64,000 nucleotides of DNA from Desulfuromonadales bacterium (GTDB lineage Bacteria; Desulfobacterota; Desulfuromonadia; Desulfuromonadales; SZUA-540), in NCBI GenBank assembly GCA_033549025.1, contig JAWSUS010000011.1:1-64000 (forward strand), read 5' to 3'. The position numbers and the translations under genes were made by a program. Every line of letters starts with the position of its first letter. The stretch's first letter is position 1. Below, one piece after another: positions 25,784 to 37,512 of this stretch. The notes under the pieces were generated by a model, which was not told the origin of the DNA, searched no databases, and worked only from the letters and a program-made list of their open reading frames with translations.

Positions 25784-28288
25784 ATGTTATCTGAACAGAA
25801 TAAAGTCACTATAAACATAGAAGATGAAATGCGTAAGTCCTATATGGACTATGCGATGAGCGTCATCATCGGGCGGGCGCTGCCCGACGTTCGTGACGGC
25901 CTGAAGCCCGTGCACAGGCGTGTGCTTTTCGCCATGAACGATCTGGGCAATGACTACAACAAACCCTATAAGAAATCGGCCCGCGTGGTCGGCGATGTCA
26001 TCGGTAAATATCATCCTCATGGGGATACGGCCGTTTATGACACGATCGTCCGTCTCGCCCAGGACTTTTCCATGCGGCACCCGCTGGTCGACGGTCAGGG
26101 GAACTTCGGTTCTATCGATGGCGACTCGGCGGCCGCCATGCGTTATACCGAGATTCGCATGGATCGCCTGGCCCATGAACTTCTGGCGGATATCGATAAG
26201 GAAACGGTCGACTTTGGTCCTAACTACGATGATTCTTTGGTCGAGCCCCTGGTTCTACCGGCCAAGTTTCCCAATCTTCTGGTAAACGGTTCCGAGGGAA
26301 TTGCGGTTGGCATGGCCACCAAAATTCCCCCCCACAACCTGGGTGAAGTTATTGACGGCCTGGTAGCGATTATCGACGATCCCCGCCTCGACACAGATGA
26401 TCTCATGCGTCTTATTCCGGGGCCCGATTTTCCGACGGCCGGTTTTATTTTCGGCCTGGAAGGCATCCGCGAAGCCTATCGCACCGGAAGAGGCATCATC
26501 AAGATGCGCGCCCGGGCGCTGGTGGAAAAGGATAAGCGGACAGGAAGAGAAGCGATCATCGTCACCGAAATTCCCTATCAGGTCAACAAGGCCAGACTGA
26601 TCGAAAAAATCGCCGAATTGGTCAAGGATAAAAAACTGGAGGGGATTTCCGACCTGCGCGACGAGTCAGACCGCGACGGCATGCGCATCGTCATCGAGCT
26701 GAAGAAGGATGTCATTCCCACGATTATTCTGAACCAGCTGTACAAGATGACCGCCATGCAGTCTTCTTTCGGCATCATCATGCTGGCCATAGTCGGCGGC
26801 CAGCCGCGCATTCTGGCCTTGCGGGATGTTCTGGATCACTTCCTCGACCACCGCAAGGAAGTCGTCACCCGCCGCTGCATTTTTGAACTCAAGAAAGCCG
26901 AGGCCAGGGCCCATATCCTGGAAGGTTTCAAGATTGCCCTCGATCATCTGGACGAGGTGATCGAGATCATCAAAACCTCGATGAATTCGCCGGAGGCCAA
27001 GGATAGGCTGATGGCACGGTTCGGCTTTTCGGATATTCAGGCCCAAGCCATCCTTGACATGCGCCTGCATCGCCTGACCGGCCTGGAGCGAGAAAAAATT
27101 CTGGAAGAGTACCGCAATATTCTTGCCCTGATCGCCCGACTCAAGGAAATCCTGGCCAGCGAGGTGGAGATTTACAAGATTATTCGGGAAGAGCTTCTGG
27201 AGCTCAAAGAGAAATTCGCCAATCCGCGAAGAACCGAGATTGTGCCGATGACCGGCGACCTCTCGCTGGAAGACCTGATCGTCGAAGAGGACATGGTCGT
27301 CACCGTCACCCACTCAGGCTATATCAAGCGAAATGCCGTTTCCCTCTACCGGGCCCAGCGACGCGGGGGCAAGGGGAAAACCGGCATCAAACCGAAGGAT
27401 GAGGATTTTGTCGACCGGCTGTTTATCGCCTCGACCCACTCCTACGTTCTGGTCTTTACCGATCAGGGTAAGGTGTATTGGCTCAAGGTCCACGAAATTC
27501 CGCAGGGCGGAAGAGCTTCTCGCGGCAAGGCGATCGTCAATCTCTTGCAGCTTTCGCCGGAAGAACAGGTGACGTCCATTCTGCCCGTCAAGGAATTTAC
27601 CGAGGGCAAATACATCATCACCGCAACACGTCAGGGCATCGTGAAGAAAACGGACCTGATGTCCTACTCGAATCCGCGTTCCGGCGGCATTATCGCCCTG
27701 ACTATCGATGAAGGGGACCGTCTGGTTTCGACCCGTCTGACCGATGGGTCCATGGATATTCTCCTGGCCAGCCGTAATGGTAAGGCCATACGCTTCCCCG
27801 AGTCCGGTGTCCGTTCCATGGGGCGCTCGGCCCGCGGTGTTCGCGGCATGATGCTCGAAGAAGACGATCACATCATTGGCATGGAAGTGGTGACGGACAC
27901 AACCGCCTCGACTCTGGTGACCGTGACGGAAAATGGCTACGGCAAAAGGACCGATCTGGACGAATACCGTATTCAGAGCCGCGGCGGCAAAGGGATCATT
28001 ACCATCAAAACGTCTCAGCGAAACGGTAAGGTAGTCGATATTAAACTGGTGACGGATGATGTGGATCTCATGTTCATCACGGACCGGGGCAAAGTCCTGC
28101 GGACCAGCGTTGCCGCCCTGTCGGTGATCGGACGCAACACGCAAGGGGTGCGTCTGATGGTGCTTGAACCGGAAGAGAGGATCGTCGCTGTCGCCAAACT
28201 TGCCGAGAAAGACGAGGAAAATGGAGATACAGAAGCTGAAGAAGCAGCTTTTGAAGGAGGAGATCAGGAGGCAGAGGAGGAACTCTAG
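25784..28288 (+). CDS. gyrA: DNA gyrase A
   Basis: YHPHGD, AAMRYTE, GyrA-box QRRGGKG, acidic tail. Confidence 0.99.
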   Translation: MLSEQNKVTINIEDEMRKSYMDYAMSVIIGRALPDVRDGLKPVHRRVLFAMNDLGNDYNKPYKKSARVVGDVIGKYHPHGDTAVYDTIVRLAQDFSMRHPLVDGQGNFGSIDGDSAAAMRYTEIRMDRLAHELLADIDKETVDFGPNYDDSLVEPLVLPAKFPNLLVNGSEGIAVGMATKIPPHNLGEVIDGLVAIIDDPRLDTDDLMRLIPGPDFPTAGFIFGLEGIREAYRTGRGIIKMRARALVEKDKRTGREAIIVTEIPYQVNKARLIEKIAELVKDKKLEGISDLRDESDRDGMRIVIELKKDVIPTIILNQLYKMTAMQSSFGIIMLAIVGGQPRILALRDVLDHFLDHRKEVVTRRCIFELKKAEARAHILEGFKIALDHLDEVIEIIKTSMNSPEAKDRLMARFGFSDIQAQAILDMRLHRLTGLEREKILEEYRNILALIARLKEILASEVEIYKIIREELLELKEKFANPRRTEIVPMTGDLSLEDLIVEEDMVVTVTHSGYIKRNAVSLYRAQRRGGKGKTGIKPKDEDFVDRLFIASTHSYVLVFTDQGKVYWLKVHEIPQGGRASRGKAIVNLLQLSPEEQVTSILPVKEFTEGKYIITATRQGIVKKTDLMSYSNPRSGGIIALTIDEGDRLVSTRLTDGSMDILLASRNGKAIRFPESGVRSMGRSARGVRGMMLEEDDHIIGMEVVTDTTASTLVTVTENGYGKRTDLDEYRIQSRGGKGIITIKTSQRNGKVVDIKLVTDDVDLMFITDRGKVLRTSVAALSVIGRNTQGVRLMVLEPEERIVAVAKLAEKDEENGDTEAEEAAFEGGDQEAEEEL

Positions 28289-29099
28289 GTTCTCTCCTCG
28301 CCTGATCTCAGGTGTTTTTCTCCTCCTTGTTCTTTTGTTTGCCGCAGGCTGGTACGCTGTCGGATGGGAAGGCAGGCAGGAGCGGCTTTTTGATAAAGCA
28401 GAGGAATATTTTCAGGGTGGGCAGTATGAAAAAGCGGTGCATTCATTCCATCGCCTTTACGAAAAGCACCCGGAAAATGCAAAGGCGGCGGAATCGCTGT
28501 ATCGGTCTGGGGATATCCTCAATCTTTATCTGAATAAATACCATGAAGCCATCCTGGCCTTTCTGCTGGTCGCGCGGGACTACGATGACCAGACCTGGGC
28601 TGAAAAAGCGCAGTTTCAGGTGGCGGATATCTACAAAAACCGGCTCAGGGATTATCCCAAGGCCATTGTGGCCTACCAGAAACTACTCGATCGCGGCGTG
28701 GCCGATTCCGACCGTATTCAGTATGAAATAGGCGACGCCTACTTTCGTCTCAACAATTATGAACAGGCCCGTATCGAGTTTGAAAGTCTTGTAAAAAGCT
28801 ATCCGGAAAGTAATCTTGTTCCAGAAGTGAAGTACCGGATAGCCTTGGCCTACTCTCTGGAAGGGCAGCTTAAAAAGGCGGAAAAGACCTTCAGGGAGGT
28901 CAGCGAGGCCTACCCGGATGACCCTTTTGCGGTGGAAGCACGTTTCGGTTTGGCGACCGTTCTCGAAGAACAGGAACGACTGCGTGAGTCTCTGACCGAG
29001 CTTCAGAAACTGAAAGGCGTCTACCCGAAGGAAGACGCTCTCACGAAAAGAATCAGCCAGGTCGAGGAGCGCATCCGCAAGAAGAAAAAAGCCATTTGA
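28221..29099 (+). CDS. Membrane-anchored tetratricopeptide repeat protein
   Basis: Basic N-terminus, one TM helix, about 6 TPR units. GAGG lies before ATG 28221; start uncertain. Confidence 0.8.
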   Translation: MEIQKLKKQLLKEEIRRQRRNSRFSPRLISGVFLLLVLLFAAGWYAVGWEGRQERLFDKAEEYFQGGQYEKAVHSFHRLYEKHPENAKAAESLYRSGDILNLYLNKYHEAILAFLLVARDYDDQTWAEKAQFQVADIYKNRLRDYPKAIVAYQKLLDRGVADSDRIQYEIGDAYFRLNNYEQARIEFESLVKSYPESNLVPEVKYRIALAYSLEGQLKKAEKTFREVSEAYPDDPFAVEARFGLATVLEEQERLRESLTELQKLKGVYPKEDALTKRISQVEERIRKKKKAI

Positions 29100-29112
29100 A
29101 CGGGGAAAAACC

Positions 29113-30108
29113 ATGAAAATTGGAGTCATTGGAGCGGGAAGCTGGGGAACCACCCTGGCGAATCTCCTGGCAAAAAAAGGGTACGCCGTATCTCTCTGGG
29201 CTTACGAAAAAGACCTGGTGGAGCGGATGCAGGAAACGCGGATCAACGATCTGTACCTCCCCGACTTTACCTTGTCTTCGAATTTGAGTTTTTCCGCGGA
29301 ACTGGCCAAAGTCTCTGCAAACAAAGACCTTCTTCTCTTGGTGCCGCCATCGCAGGTCATGAGACGTGTCATGCAGGAGGCCGCCAAGGCCATTGATCCC
29401 GAAACCCTGATTGTGTCGGCTTCCAAGGGGATCGAAAACGACACCCTGCAAATCATGTCCGAGGTGCTGGCCGAGGTGCTTCCCGCACCCTCCAGAACCG
29501 CCTATCTTTCCGGCCCATCTTTCGCCAAGGAAGTCGCGGCGGAAATGCCGACCGCAGTCACCGTCGCCGCCGAAAATCCATCCATTGCCAAAAAAGTGCA
29601 GGAAATTTTCAGTACGGACTATTTCAGGGTCTATACCAACGCGGATATCGTCGGTGTGGAGCTGGGGGGGGCTCTGAAAAACGTCATGGCCCTGGCCGCC
29701 GGCGTTTCCGATGGATTGGGGTTCGGTTACAATACCAGAGCCGCTTTGATCACGCGCGGGTTGGCTGAAATGAACCGCCTTGGTGCCGCCATGGGCGCCG
29801 ATCCGGCTACCTTTGCCGGACTGGCGGGCATGGGAGATCTCGTCCTGACCTGCACGGGGGATCTGTCGCGAAACCGCTCGGTGGGTTACGCCCTTGGCCA
29901 GGGTCGTACCCTTCAGGACATCCTGCAGGAGATGACCATGGTCGCCGAAGGGGTTAAAACGACCCTTTCAACCTATCAACTGGCTCAAAAGCTCCAGGTT
30001 GAAGCTCCCATCACCGAGCAGATGTACCTGATCCTGTATGAAAATAAGAATCCCAGACAGGCGGTCATCGACCTGATGCAGAGAGAACTCAAATCCGAGG
30101 CCTACTGA
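29113..30108 (+). CDS. gpsA: NAD(P)H glycerol-3-phosphate dehydrogenase
   Basis: GAGSWG, SGPSFA, GALKN, GDLVLTC, SRNR. Confidence 0.97.
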   Translation: MKIGVIGAGSWGTTLANLLAKKGYAVSLWAYEKDLVERMQETRINDLYLPDFTLSSNLSFSAELAKVSANKDLLLLVPPSQVMRRVMQEAAKAIDPETLIVSASKGIENDTLQIMSEVLAEVLPAPSRTAYLSGPSFAKEVAAEMPTAVTVAAENPSIAKKVQEIFSTDYFRVYTNADIVGVELGGALKNVMALAAGVSDGLGFGYNTRAALITRGLAEMNRLGAAMGADPATFAGLAGMGDLVLTCTGDLSRNRSVGYALGQGRTLQDILQEMTMVAEGVKTTLSTYQLAQKLQVEAPITEQMYLILYENKNPRQAVIDLMQRELKSEAY

Positions 30109-30124
30109 AAGGAAGGGAAGACCG

Positions 30125-30694
30125 ATGAAAAGTCTGCTTATAAGCCTGCTCACGCTGCTTCTCACCGCCACAACGGGCCTGGCGGCGCCGCTGGTACTGA
30201 TTGAGACAAATCGTGGTTCGATCAAGGTGGAACTCGCACCCGACCAGGCTCCGGCCACCGTGAAGAATTTCCTCGATTATGTCGAAGGTGGTTTCTATAA
30301 CGGAACCATTTTTCATCGCGTCATCCCCGGCTTTATGATACAGGGGGGCGGTTTTGATGAGGGTCTGGAGCAGAAGGTCACCAGGTCACCCATTAAAAAC
30401 GAAGCAGACAATGGCCTGTCAAACCTTCGGGGAACGATTGCCATGGCCAGAACCCAGGTCGTCGACAGTGCCACCAGTCAGTTTTTCATCAATCTCAAGG
30501 ACAACGCCTTTCTGGACCATCGCGGTAAACTGCCGTCAACCTATGGGTACGCCGTATTTGGCACGGTGACGGAGGGGATGGAGGTGGTGGATGCCATCGC
30601 CGCCGAAAAAACCACGGCAACGGGGGCCAGATTTCAGAATCTTCCGGTGAAAACGGTGAAAATTCTGTCGATCAGCAAAATATCCGCAGACTGA
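30125..30694 (+). CDS. ppiA: Periplasmic cyclophilin-type peptidyl-prolyl isomerase
   Basis: Signal peptide, [20 protein letters not shown]. Confidence 0.93.
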   Translation: MKSLLISLLTLLLTATTGLAAPLVLIETNRGSIKVELAPDQAPATVKNFLDYVEGGFYNGTIFHRVIPGFMIQGGGFDEGLEQKVTRSPIKNEADNGLSNLRGTIAMARTQVVDSATSQFFINLKDNAFLDHRGKLPSTYGYAVFGTVTEGMEVVDAIAAEKTTATGARFQNLPVKTVKILSISKISAD

Positions 30695-30753
30695 GAGCTT
30701 GATCCGGCCTTGCTCGTCCCGGAGCTGCTCAGGGAAAGAGGCGCAGGAAGTCC

Positions 30754-31488
30754 ATGACCACTGTACGGATCATGACGTACAACATCCGGAAAGCCACGGG
30801 AACCGATGGCCGCCAAGATCCGGGGAGAATTGCCGAGGTCATCGCCGAGGCGGCACCGGATATTGTCGCGCTGCAGGATCTCGACCGGGACGAGAACAGG
30901 GATCAGCTGACATATCTTTCTTCCCGCCTGGGCATGGAAGCCTATGGCGACCTTCGCTGCAGCAGTTGCGCCTTTCTTTCCTACTACCCGCTAAAAGGGG
31001 TTTCGGCTTACGGACTGGGAGAGGGCGGTTGCTGTACCAAAGCCGATGCCACACTTTCCGGCAAGAGGCTCCATCTTTTTAATGTCCAACTGTCTGCCGA
31101 CTCGGTCCGCCGCCGATTTCAGGTAGCGGGGCTGTTGGGGCCGGATCTTCTTGGCAGCTGCCATCTCTGCTGCCCCACGCTTATTCTCGGCGATTTCGCC
31201 GACTTCTGGCTGGGTGCCGGCAATATGGCCCTGAATCTCGAGCTGCAAAGGGCCCGGCGGCCATGGTGGAACTCAACCTATCCTTCACGGCTGCCGCTTT
31301 TTGGTCGGGACCGTGCTTACCTGCGCGGCGACCTGCGCGTACTCGAGTCGGTCGTTTCACGCACCACTCTGGCCAGACAGGCCTCCTCCCATCTTCCCAT
31401 GACCTACACGCTGCAGGTCGTGGATCCTCGGCAGTATCTTCATCTCAAAAAATTGAAGAGAAACGGCATGGAAGTCGCCCCGGGGTAG
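30754..31488 (+). CDS. Endonuclease/exonuclease/phosphatase-fold protein with degenerate active site
   Basis: MTYNI, DIVALQD, LGDFA, SSHLP. Confidence 0.8.
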   Translation: MTTVRIMTYNIRKATGTDGRQDPGRIAEVIAEAAPDIVALQDLDRDENRDQLTYLSSRLGMEAYGDLRCSSCAFLSYYPLKGVSAYGLGEGGCCTKADATLSGKRLHLFNVQLSADSVRRRFQVAGLLGPDLLGSCHLCCPTLILGDFADFWLGAGNMALNLELQRARRPWWNSTYPSRLPLFGRDRAYLRGDLRVLESVVSRTTLARQASSHLPMTYTLQVVDPRQYLHLKKLKRNGMEVAPG

Positions 31489-31573
31489 AAACAGACGGCG
31501 CTCCGGCCTCCGAAAAGGGCAGGGCTGGCGAAAGCACCCAGAAAAGCGCATACACCGCGAGGTCTTTGGTACG

Positions 31574-32224
31574 ATGACGAAGAAAAAGAAAAATGCCGAG
31601 GTACTGGCAACCCTGGCGATTCTTGAAGATTTATATCCCGAGGCCCATTGCGCCCTCACGTATCGGAACCCCTGGGAACTTCTGGTGGCGACCATCCTGT
31701 CGGCCCAGTGCACGGATGTCCGGGTTAATGAGGTTACCCGGACTCTTTTCCAGAAATTTCCAGGGATGAAAGACTTTGCGGCCGCTGATCTGCGTGACCT
31801 GGAAGAGGCGGTGCGGTCTACCGGATTTTTCCGGAACAAAGCCAAAGGAATTCAGGGTTCCGCCCAAGTGTTGCTGGAAAAGCATGGGGGCGTTGTGCCT
31901 CGGACCTTGGATGAGCTGGTGGCCTTGCCCGGCGTAGGAAGAAAAACGGCCAACGTGGTGCTGGGAAATGCCTTCAACATCCCAGGCATGGTGGTCGATA
32001 CCCATGTGGGTCGGGTCTCACGGCGTCTTGGCTGGACGACCGCCACAACACCGGAGGCGGTTGAGCGTGAGCTGTGTGCGCTATTGCCCCCGGAAAAATG
32101 GACGATGACCAGTCATATCCTTATTTTTCACGGCAGAAGATTCTGTAAGGCACCCACGGCGCTATGTTCGACCTGTCCCCTGTTGGATCGGTGTCCGCGC
32201 CATGGGGTGACGCGATCCCGTTGA
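31574..32224 (+). CDS. nth: Endonuclease III
   Basis: LSAQCTD, LPGVGRKTAN, VDTH, 4Fe-4S Cys motif. Confidence 0.97.
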   Translation: MTKKKKNAEVLATLAILEDLYPEAHCALTYRNPWELLVATILSAQCTDVRVNEVTRTLFQKFPGMKDFAAADLRDLEEAVRSTGFFRNKAKGIQGSAQVLLEKHGGVVPRTLDELVALPGVGRKTANVVLGNAFNIPGMVVDTHVGRVSRRLGWTTATTPEAVERELCALLPPEKWTMTSHILIFHGRRFCKAPTALCSTCPLLDRCPRHGVTRSR

Positions 32225-32245
32225 CGTCATTTCAGCCGCTGTACG

Positions 32246-32275
32246 AAAAAAGGGCTGCCCGCAAGGCAGCCCTTT
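32246..32275. terminator. Terminator between convergent nth and PBP1A
   Basis: AAAGGGCTGCC-loop-GGCAGCCCTTT. Confidence 0.8.
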
Positions 32276-32300
32276 CGCGTTCCATGCGCACCTGGTTTTT

Positions 32301-34706
32301 TCAGCGAAGATCCTCGAGATCCAGCTTGAAGAAATCCTGGGCGGAGGGTTTCTTTTCGTCGAGTGCATAGCGTGTCGGGGCCGTGCCGGGCGCAAAGGCC
32401 TCGATGGTGACATTGGCGCTGTCTTCGACGGCCAGCAAACCGGTTTTAGGGTCGATAGCCCGGAATTCAATCGCGTCGGGAACGGGGAAGTCTTGGGGAG
32501 GAAATTCCGTCACCGCCTGCTTCATGAATTCAACCCAGGCCGGGGCCGCAGCGCGGGAGCCGGTCTCATTCTTGCCCAGCGGCTGTTCCTGGTCGTAGCC
32601 GACCCAAGAGACGGCCACGAGTTGGGGGACATAACCGACAAACCAGGCATCCTTGAGGTTGTTGGTCGTGCCGGTTTTGCCGGCGACCGGACGGCCGAGA
32701 GCTTTGGCCCGGAAACCGGTACCGTTTTGGACGACACTTTCCATCATGTTGGTTACCAGGTAAGCCGTTTCGGGAGAAATAACCCGTTCGGGAGACTGCT
32801 GAATAAGGCGCTGATCCTCATTGGGCCCACCAGGAAAATCAGCGGGATCGATAGATTCCAGCACATAGCCCTCACGGTCGATCACCTTGGTAATGTAGGT
32901 GGGGCGGACTCGGACGCCGCCATTGGCCAAAACGGTGTAGGCGCTGGCCAGTTCGAAGGGGGTCAGGGCGGAAGACCCCAGGGCCAGCGTCAGGTCGCGG
33001 GTGATGGGTGAGGTGATGCCGAGCTTGCTCACGTAGTTGCTGGCGTAGCGAATGCCGATGTCCTCGAGGATTTTGATGGTGATGACGTTATAGGAATGGG
33101 TCAAGGCATCCCTGACGCGGACGGCGCCGTAAAATTTTTCACTGTAATTTTTGGGCCGCCAGGACGTCTCTTCACCGGATTCAGCGGTTTCCTTGTAGAT
33201 GATGGGAGTGTCGTAGACGATGGTGGCCGGAGTGTAGCCTTTGTCCAGAGCGGCGGCATAAATAAGGGGCTTGATGGCCGATCCGGGCAACCGTTTGGCC
33301 TGCAGGACGCGATTGAACTGGCTCTGGTAAAAATCGAAACCGCCGACCATGGCCTTGACATTGCCGTTATGGGGATCCATGGCCACGATAGCGCCTTGGG
33401 TTTCCGGGGTCTGCTGCAGGGAAAAGCGCAGAGAGCCGTTCTCACGCGATTCGAGCCGAAGTTCGAGCAAAGAGCCCTTGGGAAGTTTGGTGCGGGATGC
33501 GTCTTGATTTCCTGTCGCGGGCGTGTCCCGGTTGACGACCTGGATTGGACCGGCCCAGTCGGCGGATTTAAGCTCAACAAAGCCTTCTTCGCTGCCGACC
33601 CGCACCAGCAGAGCCTCTCGGGTTGAACCGGTCAGAACGCCCTCGATGTAGTCGCCGATTTCAAGTGGACGTTCGGCCAATCGGTCAGCCTGCTCGCTGA
33701 GAAAACTTTCCTCCTCGCTCTCCGCCAGAACACGCTTTGGTCCGCGATAGCCTCTTCTCTTGTCATGAGCGCGCAGGTTTTCCCGCACCGCGGTCTGGGC
33801 GGCTTGCTGCATGCGAAGATTCATGGTGGTGTGAACCTTCAAGCCGGCGGTATAGAGAACATCCTTGCCGTAGGTCTCTTCCAGGTAGCGGCGAACCTGT
33901 TCGGTAAAGTAGGCGGCATCGGCAATAAAAGAGTTGACCCGGGGCTTGATGGTGATGGCTTCACCTTGGGCTGCCTCCGCCTCTTCGGGGGTAATATACC
34001 CCTCCTCGATCATGCGTTTGAGGACATATTTCTGCCGCTCTTTGGCCCGATCGAAGTTCCGATAGGGGGAATAGCGACTGGGCGCCTGGGGCAGACCCGC
34101 CAGCAGGCTGCACTCAGCCAGGGTCAGGTCCTCGACATTTTTGTCGAAATAATTTTCCGCCGCCGCCTGTACACCGTAGGCGCCGTGTCCCAAGTAAATC
34201 TGGTTGAGATAGAGATAGAGGATTTCCTCTTTGGAGAGTTTCTTTTCCATGCGCCAGGCAAGAATCGCCTCTTTGAACTTGCGCTCGAACTTCTTTTCCG
34301 GGGTGAGCAGCAGGCTCTTGGCCACCTGTTGGGTAATGGTACTGCCCCCTTGAACGATGCCGCCCGCTTTAAGGTTTTTGAGAGCGGCCCGCATGATGGA
34401 CATAAGGTCAATGCCCTTGTGCTCGAAAAAATGGCTGTCCTCAGCCGAGACAAAGGCTTCGATCAGGCGTTGCGGCAGGCGCTCGACAGGGACGATAATG
34501 CGTCTCTCCCTGAAAAACTCCGCGATGGTTTCACCGCCATCACTATAGACAGAACTGACGATAGGGGGTTGGTAGTCAGAAAGGGTGTCCACTTTGGGCA
34601 GAGTGCCCGATACGTAGAGATAGGCGCCGGCCACAGCCAGGATGCCGCCGAGAAAGAGGCCGCCGGTCCCGTAGAGAAGCCAAAGGAAAAAACGTCGAGT
34701 TGTCAT
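32301..34706 (-). CDS. mrcA: Penicillin-binding protein 1A
   Basis: ED..F..H.G, GGSTITQQ, SAIK, SYN, KTG. Confidence 0.95.
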   Translation of the reverse strand: MTTRRFFLWLLYGTGGLFLGGILAVAGAYLYVSGTLPKVDTLSDYQPPIVSSVYSDGGETIAEFFRERRIIVPVERLPQRLIEAFVSAEDSHFFEHKGIDLMSIMRAALKNLKAGGIVQGGSTITQQVAKSLLLTPEKKFERKFKEAILAWRMEKKLSKEEILYLYLNQIYLGHGAYGVQAAAENYFDKNVEDLTLAECSLLAGLPQAPSRYSPYRNFDRAKERQKYVLKRMIEEGYITPEEAEAAQGEAITIKPRVNSFIADAAYFTEQVRRYLEETYGKDVLYTAGLKVHTTMNLRMQQAAQTAVRENLRAHDKRRGYRGPKRVLAESEEESFLSEQADRLAERPLEIGDYIEGVLTGSTREALLVRVGSEEGFVELKSADWAGPIQVVNRDTPATGNQDASRTKLPKGSLLELRLESRENGSLRFSLQQTPETQGAIVAMDPHNGNVKAMVGGFDFYQSQFNRVLQAKRLPGSAIKPLIYAAALDKGYTPATIVYDTPIIYKETAESGEETSWRPKNYSEKFYGAVRVRDALTHSYNVITIKILEDIGIRYASNYVSKLGITSPITRDLTLALGSSALTPFELASAYTVLANGGVRVRPTYITKVIDREGYVLESIDPADFPGGPNEDQRLIQQSPERVISPETAYLVTNMMESVVQNGTGFRAKALGRPVAGKTGTTNNLKDAWFVGYVPQLVAVSWVGYDQEQPLGKNETGSRAAAPAWVEFMKQAVTEFPPQDFPVPDAIEFRAIDPKTGLLAVEDSANVTIEAFAPGTAPTRYALDEKKPSAQDFFKLDLEDLR

Positions 34707-34843
34707 GATGTTAATGGTGCCTCCTTGGTTGACCAAAGAGAAATTTATAGCACAGGACCCGGATAGCCGGCAAACCTTTTGCCGTTTGCCTGAAAGATCG
34801 GGTGTGTTATAGTTTCGAGGTTCTCAAGAACTTCGGAGGCCCC

Positions 34844-35173
34844 ATGAAAGTAAAGAGACATCTTCTGCTTCTGCTCCTGGTGGCGATCATTGCCAGCGGC
34901 TGCAACATGTTCCGCTCCTGGAAATCCATTCCGCCGCCGGGTGGCTGTTCCGAGTGCCACACGACCGAAATCTCGGCGGACTGGCAGGTCGCCTATCAGC
35001 CGGTCATGCTCAGTGACGAAACGGACCGCTTTTCGTGGCAGACGCCGGAATCGATGGAGCGTCCGGAAGAATCCCCCCTCGATCAGAAAAAGATCACCGA
35101 ACAGCGCTGCTTCCGGTGTCACAAGGGACCCAACAAGGCCCATACGGAATATAAAGGGCGCTATCACCACTAG
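34844..35173 (+). CDS. Small dihaem c-type cytochrome lipoprotein
   Basis: Lipobox IASG-C; CSECH and CFRCH. Confidence 0.85.
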   Translation: MKVKRHLLLLLLVAIIASGCNMFRSWKSIPPPGGCSECHTTEISADWQVAYQPVMLSDETDRFSWQTPESMERPEESPLDQKKITEQRCFRCHKGPNKAHTEYKGRYHH

Positions 35174-35195
35174 GGACAAGGGTTCTGGTTTTTCG

Positions 35196-35227
35196 AGGAC
35201 TCCCGCCTCGCCGGCAGGAGTCCTTTT
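35196..35227 (+). terminator. Terminator-like hairpin between the cytochrome gene and pyk
   Basis: AGGACTCC...GGAGTCCT-TTT. Confidence 0.6.
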
Positions 35228-35266
35228 CTCGTAGGTGATAGCTAACACGCTGGTGGAGAGAATTTG

Positions 35267-36715
35267 ATGTTTCGCCGAACCAAGATCGTCGCAACGGTAG
35301 GGCCTTCCTGCGAGACGGATGAAGGTCTTTTGGCGCTGATGGAAGCGGGGGCTGATGTGTTCCGCCTGAATTTTTCTCACGGCGGACATGCCGAAAAGGC
35401 CGTCATTATCAAGAGAATCCGCAAGCTGTCCAAACGCCGGCAGCGGGCGGTGGCTATCCTGGGAGACCTGCAGGGTCCTAAAATTCGCACCGGCCTGCTT
35501 CAGGGCGGCGCCATGGAGCTGGTCTCCGGCAGCGAAGTGGTGCTCACCACGCGATGCGTGGAGGGGGGAGGCGGCTTCATTCCGACGGAATACCAGGGTC
35601 TGCCCGGGGATGTGGCCGTCGGTGACCGCATCCTGCTTGACGATGGCCTGCTTGAGCTGGCCGTGCTGCAGAAAGACGAAACCGATGTGCGCTGTCGGGT
35701 GGTCGTGGGCGGCACCCTCAAGAATCGCAAAGGCATCAATCTGCCGGGTGTGGCGGTTTCGACGCCGGCTTTGACGGAAAAAGACCGGGAAGATCTGGCC
35801 TTCTGCATTCGCGAAGGGGTCGACTATCTGGCCCTCTCCTTTGTGCGCAAGGCCAGTGATGTGCTGGACCTCAAAGATTTGCTGTACCGGGACAAGGTGA
35901 CGCTCCCCATTATCGCTAAAATCGAGAAACCCGAGGCGGTCGCCGATTTTAATGCGATTCTGGAGGCGGCCGACGGCATCATGGTGGCCCGGGGGGATCT
36001 CGGCGTGGAGATGAGTCCCGAAAAAGTGCCCCTCATCCAGAAGCAGATCATCCGCAAGTGCAACCAGGCCGGCAAGCCGGTCATCACGGCCACCCAGATG
36101 CTGGAGAGCATGGTCAGCAACCCCCGCCCGACCCGGGCGGAGACTTCCGATGTGGCCAATGCCATTCTCGACGGCACCGACGCCATCATGCTGTCGGCAG
36201 AGACCGCCTCCGGTCGCTATCCCGTCGAGGCCGTCGCCCTCATGGTCCGGGTCGCCAAGGATGTGGAGGGCGATCCGGAACTGAAGGATCAGGTCTTTCA
36301 CCCGCTCGACGAAATTCTTGGGTACCGCCGCCTGCCGGAAGCCATTGGCCAGGCTGCCGTTCGTGTCGCCGAGACCATCGGCGCCGGCGCCATTCTCGCG
36401 TTTACGCAGACGGGAAGTACCGCCGCCCTGGTCGCCAAGTACCGGCCCAATCTGCCCATTTACGCCGTAACGCCTTCGCCCCAGGTACGTCGTCGCCTGG
36501 CTCTCTATGCCGGCGTGCGTTCCATTCGGGTCGACATCGAGGGGGATACGGAGGCTCAGATCCGTTCGGTGGAGCAGGCCGTGCTGACCTCGGGCGTCAT
36601 GCAGGTGGGCGATGTCGTGGTCATCACCATGGGCAGCCCGGTGTCGGCCCCGGGAACAACCAATCTCCTCAAGGTGCACCGGCTGGGTACGGGGCCCTTT
36701 TACGAGGTTCATTAA
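35267..36715 (+). CDS. pyk: Pyruvate kinase
   Basis: TKIVATVGP, RLNFSHG, MVARGDLG, ATQMLESM. Confidence 0.98.
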   Translation: MFRRTKIVATVGPSCETDEGLLALMEAGADVFRLNFSHGGHAEKAVIIKRIRKLSKRRQRAVAILGDLQGPKIRTGLLQGGAMELVSGSEVVLTTRCVEGGGGFIPTEYQGLPGDVAVGDRILLDDGLLELAVLQKDETDVRCRVVVGGTLKNRKGINLPGVAVSTPALTEKDREDLAFCIREGVDYLALSFVRKASDVLDLKDLLYRDKVTLPIIAKIEKPEAVADFNAILEAADGIMVARGDLGVEMSPEKVPLIQKQIIRKCNQAGKPVITATQMLESMVSNPRPTRAETSDVANAILDGTDAIMLSAETASGRYPVEAVALMVRVAKDVEGDPELKDQVFHPLDEILGYRRLPEAIGQAAVRVAETIGAGAILAFTQTGSTAALVAKYRPNLPIYAVTPSPQVRRRLALYAGVRSIRVDIEGDTEAQIRSVEQAVLTSGVMQVGDVVVITMGSPVSAPGTTNLLKVHRLGTGPFYEVH

Positions 36716-36763
36716 GCAGGGCGCGCCCTGCCTTTTACTTCAGGCACAGACGGGAATGTTTTC

Positions 36764-37453
36764 ATGAAAAAGAAAGCCGTGGTTCTTTACAGCGGGGGAC
36801 TGGATTCCACCACCTGCCTGGCGATTGCCCGGGCGGAAGGGTTCGTTCCCTACGCCATCAGCTTTGCCTATGGCCAGCGACATAGCATCGAGTTGAGCAA
36901 AGCTATGAAATACGCCAAAGAGGCCGGGGCCGAAGACCATCATCTGGTCGAATTCGATCTGCGCCGCATCGGCGGCAGCGCCCTTACGGCCGATATGGAG
37001 GTGCCCAAGGAAGGGGTGGAGGAGGGGAGCATTCCCGTCACCTACGTGCCGGCGCGCAACACCATCTTTCTCTCCTTTGCCCTGGGGTGGGCCGAAGTCC
37101 TCGGTGCCTTCGATATCTACATCGGGGTCAACGCCCTCGACTATTCCGGTTATCCCGACTGCCGCCCGGAATATATCGCCGCTTTTGAGACCCTGGCCAA
37201 TCTCGCTACCCGGGAAGGCGTGGAGGGGCGGGGACGTTACCGGATTCACGCCCCGCTGATGACCCTGACCAAGGGGGAAATCATTCGGCGCGGCCTGGAA
37301 CTGGGCGTTGACTACGGGCTGACCCACTCCTGCTATGACCCCACGCCGGAGGGCCTCTCCTGCGGCGCCTGCGACTCTTGCCGGCTGCGCCTGAAGGGAT
37401 TTGCCGAAGCCGGGATAAAAGACCCCATCGACTACGTCCGCCAGCAAGGCTGA
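36764..37453 (+). CDS. queC: 7-cyano-7-deazaguanine synthase
   Basis: SGGLDS, YVPARN, YPDCR, CGACDSC. Confidence 0.97.
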   Translation: MKKKAVVLYSGGLDSTTCLAIARAEGFVPYAISFAYGQRHSIELSKAMKYAKEAGAEDHHLVEFDLRRIGGSALTADMEVPKEGVEEGSIPVTYVPARNTIFLSFALGWAEVLGAFDIYIGVNALDYSGYPDCRPEYIAAFETLANLATREGVEGRGRYRIHAPLMTLTKGEIIRRGLELGVDYGLTHSCYDPTPEGLSCGACDSCRLRLKGFAEAGIKDPIDYVRQQG

Positions 37454-37512
37454 TGACCCAGTCTGGCGCCTGATAAATGACGCAACATCGATAAGGACAG
37501 AGTGAAGAAACG

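Noticed and set aside
34745..36712. 655-aa minus-strand ORF
   Set aside because: Antisense to pyk and the cytochrome gene; no recognisable motifs.
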